NCBI GenBank assembly: GCA_025830695.1
Contig: GCA_025830695.1_4111.1
Strand: one strand, 5' to 3'
DNA length: 64,000 nt
From: a phage
Positions within the stretch are counted from its first letter, which is position 1. The number at the start of each line of letters is the position of its first letter. Under the pieces are notes generated by a model that ran no database searches, was not told where the DNA came from, and saw only the letters and a program-made list of their open reading frames with translations. The position numbers were made by a program, and so were the translations under genes. Shown here piece by piece: positions 27,822 through 36,671 of this stretch.

Positions 27822-28421
27822 ATGGGGTGTACTATGTTTTTAAAAAATACTTATGAATTAATTAAAATGCTTCAAAATATGAATTCCGGTGGCTTGTTTC
27901 CCTATTACTCTGAGGATGAAACTCATCGTTTAGTCCTTAAATTGGATGAAACTGGACGTATTATATCACTAAGAACAACAGTCCCCAGTGTAGAACCAGT
28001 AATTACCAAATCAACTCAAAATTCAGGAACTGCTGTTAAAACACCACAAACATACAACTCTAATTACCAACAACCACAAATGTACACGATTAGCACTCCA
28101 CCTATTAAACGAGTTGCTTGTATTGTGAATATAAAAGTATCTAAGGACTATCGCGACTTAATATCAGTTGAATGGTCAGAACTAACATCATCATTAGCAA
28201 CAAATGGATTTGTAGTAACAAATACAGGTCTAGCACAAAATGTGAAAGAAGGACAACAGATCATGAGTGCATTGTATCTTAGTAATGGTTGTGTTATCAT
28301 CAATGGTAAGTTGTATAGCGATGCCGACCCCACTGCATTCACTGAAGATTTGATTGGTGATAAAGAATACAGCATTCTAGAAATTATGAATTTGAAAAAG
28401 GTATATGAAAACCATGACTAG
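27822..28421 (+). CDS. Hypothetical protein (possible very divergent EE-x-FFQ-x-S family member)
   Basis: Track ORF. C-terminus DPTAFTEDLIGDKEYSILEIMNLKKVY only loosely resembles the family motif. Confidence 0.6.
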   Translation: MGCTMFLKNTYELIKMLQNMNSGGLFPYYSEDETHRLVLKLDETGRIISLRTTVPSVEPVITKSTQNSGTAVKTPQTYNSNYQQPQMYTISTPPIKRVACIVNIKVSKDYRDLISVEWSELTSSLATNGFVVTNTGLAQNVKEGQQIMSALYLSNGCVIINGKLYSDADPTAFTEDLIGDKEYSILEIMNLKKVYENHD

Positions 28422-28986
28422 ATTTCATCAGGATGATTTGCCATTTATCCAAGAACTAGAAGAACTGGTGATAAGTATTATGGATGAAATTAGTACTTGG
28501 GATATAACAGTTTTTCGAAATGTATATGATAAAGTTGTGAATTTTAAAAATGTTAATATTGAAGTAAAACATAATAATTTTTACTTAACAAAACAATTCA
28601 TTCTAACTCGACCAGGATCAAAGCCAGTTAAACGTAATTTATCATTCGGACACCTGATTGGTGCAGAAAATGTACATGATGAATGGGTTGATTCAATCTA
28701 TTCGTATACAAAAGAACTTATTCCTGATATTGAGAAAAAATATTATCTTAGTATCACATTAGATGAACAAGGAAAACTAAATGCGTATTCCATAAATTCA
28801 TCAGCACACGTTCCATTACATTCAACGTCAATTGGTGATAAACAATTACTAATCGATTCATCAACATGGCACAATAGGGAAAGTTTCTCCGCTGAAACTT
28901 TTCAGTACTCGGTATCTGAACCAAAGTCTCCATTTGATTTTGTGTTTGTTAATAACATCCTTTTACGTTTTGGTGTAGGAGTCTAA
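28405..28986 (+). CDS. Hypothetical protein, divergent EE-x-FFQ-x-S family member
   Basis: C-terminal RESFSAETFQYSVSEPKSPFDFVFVNNILL. Confidence 0.6.
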   Translation: MKTMTRFHQDDLPFIQELEELVISIMDEISTWDITVFRNVYDKVVNFKNVNIEVKHNNFYLTKQFILTRPGSKPVKRNLSFGHLIGAENVHDEWVDSIYSYTKELIPDIEKKYYLSITLDEQGKLNAYSINSSAHVPLHSTSIGDKQLLIDSSTWHNRESFSAETFQYSVSEPKSPFDFVFVNNILLRFGVGV

Positions 28987-28988
28987 TT

Positions 28989-29342
28989 ATGCTAATTTAT
29001 TTGAGTGTTCTTGTTATTTCATTACTGGTATCATTAGCAGTACTGAAAGCTGTTGCCATCGGTCGTAGTAAAATTGACAGTACTGAAACGAGTTCCGTTC
29101 TAGATTTGATTATGGATCATCCTAAAGTCTGTGGTATTATTGTATTGTTTGTTATTCTGATTAATACGTATATTGTCAGGGATCATTTATATAATATGTA
29201 TGATTGTAGTGTTAGATCTATATCACAAGGTGTTGAAACTGACTATAGCTGGTACTATGAGAAATGTAGATTTAAAAATCAGCATGGTATTTGGGTTGAT
29301 TTTGACAAACTACGTGGAACTCCTTCAGGAGAAGAAGAATAA
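28989..29342 (+). CDS. Membrane protein (2 TM)
   Basis: Track ORF. MLIYLSVLVISLLVSLAVL and VCGIIVLFVILINTYIV. Confidence 0.6.
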   Translation: MLIYLSVLVISLLVSLAVLKAVAIGRSKIDSTETSSVLDLIMDHPKVCGIIVLFVILINTYIVRDHLYNMYDCSVRSISQGVETDYSWYYEKCRFKNQHGIWVDFDKLRGTPSGEEE

Positions 29343-29344
29343 TT

Positions 29345-29836
29345 ATGTTTGAGTTCCCAGAAGAGTCATTTGACTTTATTGACCCTACTGATGATGGATA
29401 CCGACACATTAACATTTATAGTAAAGCTAGAACTAAGTTAGGTAGAGATCTATCTAACTTTTCTTCACATAGCTTCACACTTGAGCCATATGGTTGGTTC
29501 CCTTCAGTTGAAACATTTTACTTTTGGTTTTTAACTGGGCAAAAACATGATGACCTTAGAAAAGTATCTGGTGCAGCAGCAAAAGCAGCCGCTAACAAAT
29601 ATATGCATGATCGAATTGAAATGACGGATGATTGTATTTCTATTATTCAAGATGCTATTTGTGCTAAGATAATTCAAAATCCAGAGTTAGCCGAAAGATT
29701 AAGAAAAAGCAAGTTACCTTTTTACCATTACTATGTATATGGTGGTAAAGTTGTAGATGTATCCGACGAACATGATTGGTTTGTTAAAACATTCGAATAT
29801 ATAAGAACGGTGTTAAAGGAAAACTATAATGGGTAA
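29345..29836 (+). CDS. NADAR (YbiA/DUF1768)-like protein
   Basis: LSNFSSHSFTLEPYGWFPSVETFYFW...ICAKIIQNPELAERLRKS resembles the NADAR pattern (SNF....F...G..Y.S.EH.YQ...KF.QNP.L...LL.T). Confidence 0.4.
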   Translation: MFEFPEESFDFIDPTDDGYRHINIYSKARTKLGRDLSNFSSHSFTLEPYGWFPSVETFYFWFLTGQKHDDLRKVSGAAAKAAANKYMHDRIEMTDDCISIIQDAICAKIIQNPELAERLRKSKLPFYHYYVYGGKVVDVSDEHDWFVKTFEYIRTVLKENYNG

Positions 29837-30107
29837 ATGTTGGGTATGCTTCAAGGTGTTTGATGAAGAATATGAAATAATATTAGATGTATTGCCACAG
29901 CAGTACATGGTGTGTAATGAAAAATACAAATTGGACACCTACCCGACCCCCAAGTACATGGGAATATGTCCTTTGTGTGATGCAAATGGCGTGTCCAATA
30001 GTGAGATTTCATTCACTAACCAAGCCACAACTAACTGTGTATCTGGGTATATAAGAGAGAATCGAGAATATTTTATTAGGAGATTATATGAACGACAAAA
30101 TCTTTGA
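29829..30107 (+). CDS. Cys-rich small protein (possible zinc ribbon)
   Basis: CWVC...CPLCDANG pairs. Confidence 0.55.
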   Translation: MGKCWVCFKVFDEEYEIILDVLPQQYMVCNEKYKLDTYPTPKYMGICPLCDANGVSNSEISFTNQATTNCVSGYIRENREYFIRRLYERQNL

Positions 30108-30318
30108 TACATATGACATCGATACTTTACTAACACCATCTGATAACAGTACTGTTAAAATGGACATGTACTGGATTGTCGTTGATAAAAAAGTATTTAG
30201 ACATAAAATTACTAAAGTTTGGCAATGTAATAAAAACAAATCTATTGTTGAAGGATTGGCACAATGCATTCCTAATGCAGAGGTTTTATTTTTACCATAT
30301 GCATATACAAAGGAATAA
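30088..30318 (+). CDS. Hypothetical protein (76 aa)
   Basis: Track ORF with AGGAGA RBS. Confidence 0.6.
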   Translation: MNDKIFDTYDIDTLLTPSDNSTVKMDMYWIVVDKKVFRHKITKVWQCNKNKSIVEGLAQCIPNAEVLFLPYAYTKE

Positions 30319-30319
30319 A

Positions 30320-30481
30320 ATGAAAAAAACTTGGAAAATATTCACAATACCTGCTATAATGTTGTTATTGGCACTTTTCACACCGCAGAGTCATGTATTG
30401 TCTCTTAACATTGTGGAAATAATTCTTCTTGTAATTCACTGTGTCGTGTGTTATAATTATGTAAAAGGTGATAAAGAATGA
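30320..30481 (+). CDS. Small membrane protein (53 aa)
   Basis: Internal ATG of track ORF 30176..30481, preceded by AAGGA. The upstream part overlaps 30088..30318 out of frame. Confidence 0.5.
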   Translation: MKKTWKIFTIPAIMLLLALFTPQSHVLSLNIVEIILLVIHCVVCYNYVKGDKE

Positions 30482-30900
30482 AGTTCTTTAAAATTCGAAT
30501 TGGTGTAAGTTCTGGTTTATCTCATTGGGTATTTTATGATTTACCTGATAGTTATACTATTGATGATGTAATTGATTTATATACCGAAGATCAACAATGG
30601 GTGTTAGATACCGAAACACATAGAATTGATTGTCAAGAGATTAGTGAAGAAGATTACAAACACGGAAAGCAAGCCATGAAGTATTTTGAAACAAATATCA
30701 AAATGCTGACTGAAAACGTATTTCCAGTAAAAGAATGGGCAATTTTACTTGCTAATCCTAAAAAACCTGTTAGAATTGGTTATCCAAATTTTCATATGGT
30801 GTATCGTATGAATGATAAGCGAGAGCTTAACTATCAATACGATTACGATTCATCTAAGTTTGGAGTTCTTAAACAATTTTTAAAGGCTTATCCAGTATGA
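30478..30900 (+). CDS. Hypothetical protein
   Basis: Track ORF with ATGA overlap. Confidence 0.65.
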   Translation: MKFFKIRIGVSSGLSHWVFYDLPDSYTIDDVIDLYTEDQQWVLDTETHRIDCQEISEEDYKHGKQAMKYFETNIKMLTENVFPVKEWAILLANPKKPVRIGYPNFHMVYRMNDKRELNYQYDYDSSKFGVLKQFLKAYPV

Positions 30901-31232
30901 GTGAAGATAGTAAAGAGTATATTTTACGTTGTTCTTGTGGCGATAAAATGGAGCATTGCGTTCACATTGCACAATTTGACTTGACAGAGGAATATGGAGA
31001 TGATAAACTTGGTCAATGTCTGATAAGTATGCGTTTAAATCCTTTTTTAAAATGGTATAACCGTGTATGGGTTGCAGTAAAGTATGTTTTTGGTGTAAAC
31101 GACTATCAATATGTAGAAGCAACAATTGATGTTGACATTCTAAAAGAAGTTGTGTTACAATTAGAAGATACTAGAACTGATGAGGTTAAAAAAGAACAAA
31201 GAGAAAAACGTACTGATGTGAAGGTTTTATGA
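30897..31232 (+). CDS. Hypothetical protein
   Basis: Track ORF with ATGA overlap. Confidence 0.6.
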   Translation: MSEDSKEYILRCSCGDKMEHCVHIAQFDLTEEYGDDKLGQCLISMRLNPFLKWYNRVWVAVKYVFGVNDYQYVEATIDVDILKEVVLQLEDTRTDEVKKEQREKRTDVKVL

Positions 31233-31423
31233 GTACTGAACTTTATGAAAAAAAGTACTGTACAAATTGCTCAACTGAGTATACAATACAAGGTATGTTG
31301 ATTTGTACAATATGTCAGTCAAAGAAATCAGCAACTTTCATCGTTGATGATAGATTTGGTGATTTGAAACAGTTTAAAGCAAACCGCAATCTTCGTATTT
31401 TTAGCAATCTAAATAAGGAATAA
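31229..31423 (+). CDS. Small Cys4 protein (possible zinc ribbon)
   Basis: CTNC...CTIC. ATGA overlap. Confidence 0.55.
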   Translation: MSTELYEKKYCTNCSTEYTIQGMLICTICQSKKSATFIVDDRFGDLKQFKANRNLRIFSNLNKE

Positions 31424-31426
31424 TAT

Positions 31427-31855
31427 ATGAATATCGAACAAACTATCCGTGAACATTCTTTCTTCGCTCCAGAAACTGGTCGTGTTATTGAGAGCGTCAA
31501 AATCGAAGAACTAATGGTCAATGTTAAATACAAAGAACCAAATGATGAGATTAGCAGTACTTTTTGTGCTCTACGTGCACCATTCCGTAATGAAAAAGCT
31601 AAGAAACCAGCATATGTTCTTGCCATTGCACTGGGTTGTGTTGTAAAACTTGCAGTTGATGAAAATCTTCTGAATATTAAAGTTGCACCAAGCAATGACG
31701 ATGAAAACATTGATTTGAACTTTGATGGTTCTCTTGATGAAGATGTATTTTTCCAACAGTCACTTGTTTACGACTTCCGTACAGTGACACATTCTCACAT
31801 CAAGTTCATTAATGAAATGGTTGAGATTGTTGCTGAATACGAAGAATCTCTCTAA
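31427..31855 (+). CDS. EE-x-FFQ-x-S family paralog
   Basis: C-terminal LDEDVFFQQSLVYDFRTVTHSHIKFINEMV. Confidence 0.7.
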   Translation: MNIEQTIREHSFFAPETGRVIESVKIEELMVNVKYKEPNDEISSTFCALRAPFRNEKAKKPAYVLAIALGCVVKLAVDENLLNIKVAPSNDDENIDLNFDGSLDEDVFFQQSLVYDFRTVTHSHIKFINEMVEIVAEYEESL

Positions 31856-31864
31856 GTAAATACA

Positions 31865-31889
31865 AAAGCCTCCATTATGGAGGCTTTTA
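31865..31889 (+). terminator. Rho-independent terminator
   Basis: aaagcctcc-attat-ggaggcttt followed by a T-run. Confidence 0.8.
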
Positions 31890-31908
31890 TCACATAAGGA
31901 AATGAAAT

Positions 31909-32460
31909 ATGATAGACCAAATTAAAATCCTTACAAAGCAAATCACTGATTTTCTTTCTGATAAAGATGGATTTAATACAGAAGTAAAAATGCACGGTGT
32001 TAGTGTTGATGTAATTGCACCAAATGGTAATGTAACAAGTTACGACATGTATGAATTACTTCTTTATACTCTAGCAGTACGTAAACTAGGTAGTGATATT
32101 GAACTCAATATCAATACTGATGAAAGTGGGAATAAAATTTTTGCAATCAACACCAGTGCTAAATTCGATATCAGTACTGAAATTAAAAAAATAAATGAAA
32201 GTTTTATTGGCTTTAAGCATGAATCAATTCAAAGTGTTTTTATTGGAAAGCAAACTTCTAATAGTGAATGCCCATATTGTGTAATGACTTTATATAAAGA
32301 TGGAAACTGGATGCGTCAAGATTTAGTATTTGCTGAACTTCTGTATGCATTTACACATGAACTTAAAATCGAATTGGACGATAGTGTTTATTGCTTTAAG
32401 AAAATTCGAAATATAACTAAAGATATACAAACCCAACTTAAAGAATTAAATGATAAATAA
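31909..32460 (+). CDS. Hypothetical protein (183 aa)
   Basis: Track ORF with AAGGAA upstream. Confidence 0.65.
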   Translation: MIDQIKILTKQITDFLSDKDGFNTEVKMHGVSVDVIAPNGNVTSYDMYELLLYTLAVRKLGSDIELNINTDESGNKIFAINTSAKFDISTEIKKINESFIGFKHESIQSVFIGKQTSNSECPYCVMTLYKDGNWMRQDLVFAELLYAFTHELKIELDDSVYCFKKIRNITKDIQTQLKELNDK

Positions 32461-32575
32461 ATATACCAGAAATGGTTAACATATCATGTTACTTTCCTCC
32501 CTTACATAATAATGATGCGTTATTATATTTTCATTTTGTTCTTATTCCCCTTTTGGTACAAAATCATTTTAGTAC

Positions 32576-32599
32576 TGCCCCGATCTTCGGGGCATTTTT
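32576..32599 (+). terminator. GC-stem hairpin plus T-run (terminator or 5'-UTR stem-loop)
   Basis: gcccc...ggggc stem followed by a-ttttt, 20 nt before the next start codon. Confidence 0.55.
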
Positions 32600-32620
32600 C
32601 TTATCTAAAATTGAGGATAT

Positions 32621-33016
32621 ATGAAGAACAATATTGGAACTTCAATAATTAAACCACTTTCTTATTACCTTGAAAAATTTAGAAGCACAAATGGTAATAA
32701 ATTTAATAATATATTTCAGTTCTCTCATAAAGAATATATTACAATTGATCATTTTTCAAAGAAACTAATGTATGTAAATGATAATAGTCATATTATTAAA
32801 TTATCATTCGATATTGAGTTAGATAAATTAACATTTACGGAATACATTAATCAAAAAACTTCTTTTTTATGTCAATACAATAGGAAAGTATATAGTAATA
32901 TTTCTATGTATCTAAATGATGAATATCACTTTCAACAATCTACAATAGAAGAAGTATTGTTCAGTACTGAAGAATTAAAAGAACTATATTACTGGTATAA
33001 TTATTTCACATCTTGA
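32621..33016 (+). CDS. EE-x-FFQ-x-S family paralog
   Basis: C-terminal LNDEYHFQQSTIEEVLFSTEELKELY. Confidence 0.7.
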   Translation: MKNNIGTSIIKPLSYYLEKFRSTNGNKFNNIFQFSHKEYITIDHFSKKLMYVNDNSHIIKLSFDIELDKLTFTEYINQKTSFLCQYNRKVYSNISMYLNDEYHFQQSTIEEVLFSTEELKELYYWYNYFTS

Positions 33017-33041
33017 CATTATTGTGGGTTTATCCTACAAT
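33013..33041 (+). promoter_or_regulatory. sigma70-like promoter
   Basis: TTGACA (33013-33018, overlapping the stop codon), 17 nt, TACAAT (33036-33041). Confidence 0.65.
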
Positions 33042-33071
33042 ACATGATGATGCTGCATTGAGGATAAATTT

Positions 33072-33482
33072 ATGAGTTTAGATTTACACAATGAACTAAA
33101 ATATTTTTTAGATTTGGACATATCAGAATTGAACCACCACGTCAATCATATGACTAGTACTGTATGGTGGTCTAATGATCAAGACGACCCAATTATCCAA
33201 CTAAGTGATGAATCGTCAATTATGCGATTTTATAAGATTAATTATAAAAAGAACATCAAGATCACATATGTACCATACAAAAACATACTACTAGTCGAAA
33301 CACTTAATCCAAGTTCTTTATTAAAAATCACAGATTTAGATACATTACAAACAAGTGAATCTTTATTCCAACGTTCATTAGTTGATGATCTTGGTGGTAT
33401 TACTTTTGAAGATATATTACAATTGAAGAATATGTATAGTGAATTGTTGGAGATTAAAAACACTTTAGTAATGGGGAATTGA
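33072..33482 (+). CDS. EE-x-FFQ-x-S family paralog
   Basis: C-terminal QTSESLFQRSLVDDLGGITFEDILQLKNMY. Confidence 0.7.
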   Translation: MSLDLHNELKYFLDLDISELNHHVNHMTSTVWWSNDQDDPIIQLSDESSIMRFYKINYKKNIKITYVPYKNILLVETLNPSSLLKITDLDTLQTSESLFQRSLVDDLGGITFEDILQLKNMYSELLEIKNTLVMGN

Positions 33483-33483
33483 T

Positions 33484-33888
33484 ATGGTAAGTTTACTAGA
33501 TATTGATAATACCAGTTTAGTGCTGGTGAAAAAAGGTTTAATTCCCAATTCTACAAAAATTGATTATGCTGTTATTGAAACAAATATTGGAAATATCTGG
33601 TACGACTCTGAAAGGGATATTGTGTTTAGCTGTGTAGACAGTGATCGATCTGAATGTTGTAGAGTCGGTCATGACGGACAATTTGTTTTTGAATTTCGTT
33701 ATTGGAAGGACGCAAAATTTCACCAAGAACTGGTTGCTTTGTCAAATGAACTATATACAGAAGAATCGTTCTTCATGGCTAGTACTATTAATGATTTTGG
33801 TTCAGTTACATTTGAGTACTATAAAAAGATATACGCACTATCCAGAGAAGTTATGAAAATTATCAGAACTGCTGAAGGTAAAGAATAA
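33484..33888 (+). CDS. EE-x-FFQ-x-S family paralog
   Basis: C-terminal YTEESFFMASTINDFGSVTFEYYKKIY. Confidence 0.7.
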   Translation: MVSLLDIDNTSLVLVKKGLIPNSTKIDYAVIETNIGNIWYDSERDIVFSCVDSDRSECCRVGHDGQFVFEFRYWKDAKFHQELVALSNELYTEESFFMASTINDFGSVTFEYYKKIYALSREVMKIIRTAEGKE

Positions 33889-33889
33889 C

Positions 33890-34267
33890 ATGACTACTAT
33901 ATATGATATTTTGGGTGTTCTGAGTAGAAATATAGATGATGATTTTGTTATTGTTCAAGATACTAGAAATACATTTCAACTACCAATAGGTTCACCAGAT
34001 AGGTTAATTTTTAATAGATACTCAAATGAACTAACTTACATCCATGATGGGATTGCAATTGTATCAGTTTCTATAAACGACTATACAATACGATATGTAT
34101 ATGACTTCAACGATTATTGTACAAGAATCCACAGTATTGATATTTCCGAAGAGGAACTATTCCAATTGTCATTGATTGAGAAAAATGTAATAGGAATTAC
34201 AGAAATTGGTATTATTAAAAAAGCATTAAACTATACAAATATAAGAATTAATGGTGGGTGCAGATGA
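33890..34267 (+). CDS. EE-x-FFQ-x-S family paralog
   Basis: C-terminal ISEEELFQLSLIEKNVIGITEIGIIKK. Confidence 0.7.
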   Translation: MTTIYDILGVLSRNIDDDFVIVQDTRNTFQLPIGSPDRLIFNRYSNELTYIHDGIAIVSVSINDYTIRYVYDFNDYCTRIHSIDISEEELFQLSLIEKNVIGITEIGIIKKALNYTNIRINGGCR

Positions 34268-34719
34268 ATGTTGACGAAATAAAAAATCATTTTGAAATTG
34301 CAATGTCATGTGAATTTGACACACAACGTGTTCATGACCCGAAAGAACATATACGCATTTGTTGTGAATTGTCAGATGATTGTAATATTTTTATTGGAAA
34401 AACCTATGACATGATCGATCTTTCATGTATAGATCCATTGGAAAGAAAAACAAAATATTTATATCTGTACAACACAACATCAGATACGATTGCAATACAA
34501 CTAATATCAACCACAACATCCCAAAGTTATTATAACATAACTGAGGTTAGTAGTTTAACGTTAACCGAAGAAGGATTCTTTCAACAATCGCTTATTCGTG
34601 AAATTGGTGTTAGTTATGATGAGTTAAATGTATTAGTAGATTGTTTCGAAAAATTGAGTACTTTTGTATTATCCCTTTTTAATATACAGTCGCAAAATCC
34701 AATGGTGGTGAAATGCTAA
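34258..34719 (+). CDS. EE-x-FFQ-x-S family paralog
   Basis: C-terminal LTEEGFFQQSLIREIGVSYDELNVLV. Confidence 0.7.
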   Translation: MQMNVDEIKNHFEIAMSCEFDTQRVHDPKEHIRICCELSDDCNIFIGKTYDMIDLSCIDPLERKTKYLYLYNTTSDTIAIQLISTTTSQSYYNITEVSSLTLTEEGFFQQSLIREIGVSYDELNVLVDCFEKLSTFVLSLFNIQSQNPMVVKC

Positions 34720-35153
34720 ATCCAAGTAAATTTCTCCACTTACTTTCGATAACATCAATACCGGATCTTACCAGTGAAACTAATGAATATCGTGAAGCTG
34801 GGGTGGTGTCTATGGAACTCGATACATTTGACCACAAATGCTATGTGACATATGACCCACCGCGTTATGGTAAAGAACATTCTTCTTTTATTTTTGTATT
34901 CGTATACACTGTATATGATAATACAACACTTGATGATGTTTGTATTGACACTTACGAAATTTGTGATAATATCATAACTGATGACAACAATAACTCATTT
35001 GATATGTCACTATATAACACAGAAGAATCGTTGTTTCAACTTAGTACTGTTATTGATGCACCATCATTAGAAGATATAAAACAATTTCAAGAACATCTTG
35101 ACGCAGTTCGTGAGATGTTCTATAATCATTATCCAGAAGTAGAGTTCAATTAA
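34713..35153 (+). CDS. EE-x-FFQ-x-S family paralog
   Basis: C-terminal NTEESLFQLSTVIDAPSLEDIKQFQ. Confidence 0.7.
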   Translation: MLNPSKFLHLLSITSIPDLTSETNEYREAGVVSMELDTFDHKCYVTYDPPRYGKEHSSFIFVFVYTVYDNTTLDDVCIDTYEICDNIITDDNNNSFDMSLYNTEESLFQLSTVIDAPSLEDIKQFQEHLDAVREMFYNHYPEVEFN

Positions 35154-35167
35154 CTAAAGGTAATAAG

Positions 35168-35428
35168 ATGACTAAAGTAGTTCGTAAACGCCACATGATG
35201 AACATGGATGAATTTCGCACATTTGACAAATATCGTACTATGTTTCGTATGCTTTCACAGGGCCGTCCAATCGTCATTGTAACAGAGAATTACATGTCAC
35301 CTGAGATTATGTTTGGTAATTATGAAAAGGTCTTCATGTTGTACGTGAAGCGTGGATTACTTACAATCAAGACATTAGCTGAAGCAACTGATGAAGATAT
35401 GGATGGTGATAATACCTTTACCATGTGA
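35168..35428 (+). CDS. Hypothetical protein (86 aa)
   Basis: Track ORF with AAGG upstream. Confidence 0.6.
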   Translation: MTKVVRKRHMMNMDEFRTFDKYRTMFRMLSQGRPIVIVTENYMSPEIMFGNYEKVFMLYVKRGLLTIKTLAEATDEDMDGDNTFTM

Positions 35429-35500
35429 GGAAATATATGTCTGAAAAGCCAAAAGAACCATTAGATCGTGATGATGATTTTTATGACGAACGATATGGAG

Positions 35501-35758
35501 ATGATGATGAGTGAACATAGTGCTGTGCTTAAAAAGATTTTAAAGGAACTTGATGGTGAGTTTAATGTCACAGAAGAAGACTATCAGCATTGGAAGAAAG
35601 GTTTTGAACAACTAACCGAGTATGATAAAGTGTTCAATATGATTGGCGTAATTAGCCAGTACTTACTCGGTGGAGGACGTGCAAGTGCTTCAATTCTGGC
35701 ATCTGCAATCATCTGTACATCACGATGGTGTGATGAAAAAAGTTTGGAAGATTTCTAA
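35501..35758 (+). CDS. Hypothetical protein (~85 aa)
   Basis: Track ORF 35468..35758. Start is uncertain (run of ATG codons at 35501-35509). Confidence 0.5.
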   Translation: MMMSEHSAVLKKILKELDGEFNVTEEDYQHWKKGFEQLTEYDKVFNMIGVISQYLLGGGRASASILASAIICTSRWCDEKSLEDF

Positions 35759-35773
35759 ATAAGATGCTATAAT
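35744..35773 (+). promoter_or_regulatory. sigma70-like promoter with extended -10
   Basis: TTGGAA (35744-35749), 18 nt, TGcTATAAT (35765-35773). Confidence 0.6.
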
Positions 35774-35810
35774 ATATTATAGTACCTTAACAATATAAAA
35801 AGGATTTTAT

Positions 35811-36671
35811 ATGAAACCTATCCGAGTACTTTCTCTTTTTAATGGAATGAGTGTGGGATATATGGCATTGCAAGATGCTGGTATCCCAGTTGAAAAATAT
35901 TATTCATCCGAAATTGATAAGTACGCAATAGCTGAATCTCAATCTAACTTTCCTGATATTATCCAATTGGGTGATGTAACTAAGTGGAGAGAATGGGATA
36001 TTGAGTGGGACAAAATAGATTTATTAATGGGTGGTTTCCCATGCCAAGCCTGGTCAGTTGCAGGTAAACAGGGTGGTTTAAATGATATACGTGGGCAGTT
36101 ATTTTTAGTAATGGTTGAAATTTTTGATCATATCAAAAGTCTCAATCCTAACTTGAAATTTCTGTTTGAAAATGTTAAAATGAAGGAAGATTTCAAAGAA
36201 TACATTAATAGTATTTTAGGAATCACGCCAGTACTGATAAACTCCCAGCATTATACGCCTCACTTCAGGCAGAGATATTACTGGTACAGTACTGATAAGC
36301 TTTTTATACCACCTGCATTATCCAATGCACCTAAACTTCAAGATATTATTGAAGATGGTTGGTACACTGACAGAACCGCTTCGTACTGTATAGATGCTAA
36401 CTATTTTAAAGGTGGTGATTGTAACCAGTACTTTAATAAATCCAGACGACAATTGGTGTTTCGTGACCCAGTGATCAGTCGTCAATATCTATTAGAGAAT
36501 GGCAAAAGAAATATTGACTATAGACACTTAAGTGTAGTAGAATGTTGTAAATTACAGGGTGTTCCTGAAGATTTCTTTAAAGTGTCTAGTAAGACACAAG
36601 CATACAAAATGCTTGGGAATGGATGGACTATGCCAGTTATATCACATTTACTAAGAGAGATATTCTTTTGA
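35811..36671 (+). CDS. DNA (cytosine-5)-methyltransferase, no adjacent endonuclease recognised
   Basis: Motif I LSLFNGMSVG, motif IV GGFPCQAWS, motif VI FENV, motif VIII-like RQRYYW, motif X GNGWTMPV. Confidence 0.85.
   Translation: MKPIRVLSLFNGMSVGYMALQDAGIPVEKYYSSEIDKYAIAESQSNFPDIIQLGDVTKWREWDIEWDKIDLLMGGFPCQAWSVAGKQGGLNDIRGQLFLVMVEIFDHIKSLNPNLKFLFENVKMKEDFKEYINSILGITPVLINSQHYTPHFRQRYYWYSTDKLFIPPALSNAPKLQDIIEDGWYTDRTASYCIDANYFKGGDCNQYFNKSRRQLVFRDPVISRQYLLENGKRNIDYRHLSVVECCKLQGVPEDFFKVSSKTQAYKMLGNGWTMPVISHLLREIFF

Noticed and set aside
35437-35514. 25-codon acidic ORF (MSEKPKEPLDRDDDFYDERYGDDDE) with a GAGG RBS, overlapping the start region of 35468/35501..35758.
   Set aside because: It is too short to support from sequence alone. 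It does make the true start of the downstream gene ambiguous.
36623-36667. The track start (ATG 36623) for the ORF downstream of the methyltransferase.
   Set aside because: It would overlap the methyltransferase by 49 nt in another frame. An in-frame TTG at the stop-codon junction is more consistent with the tight coupling seen elsewhere, so the start is left uncertain.
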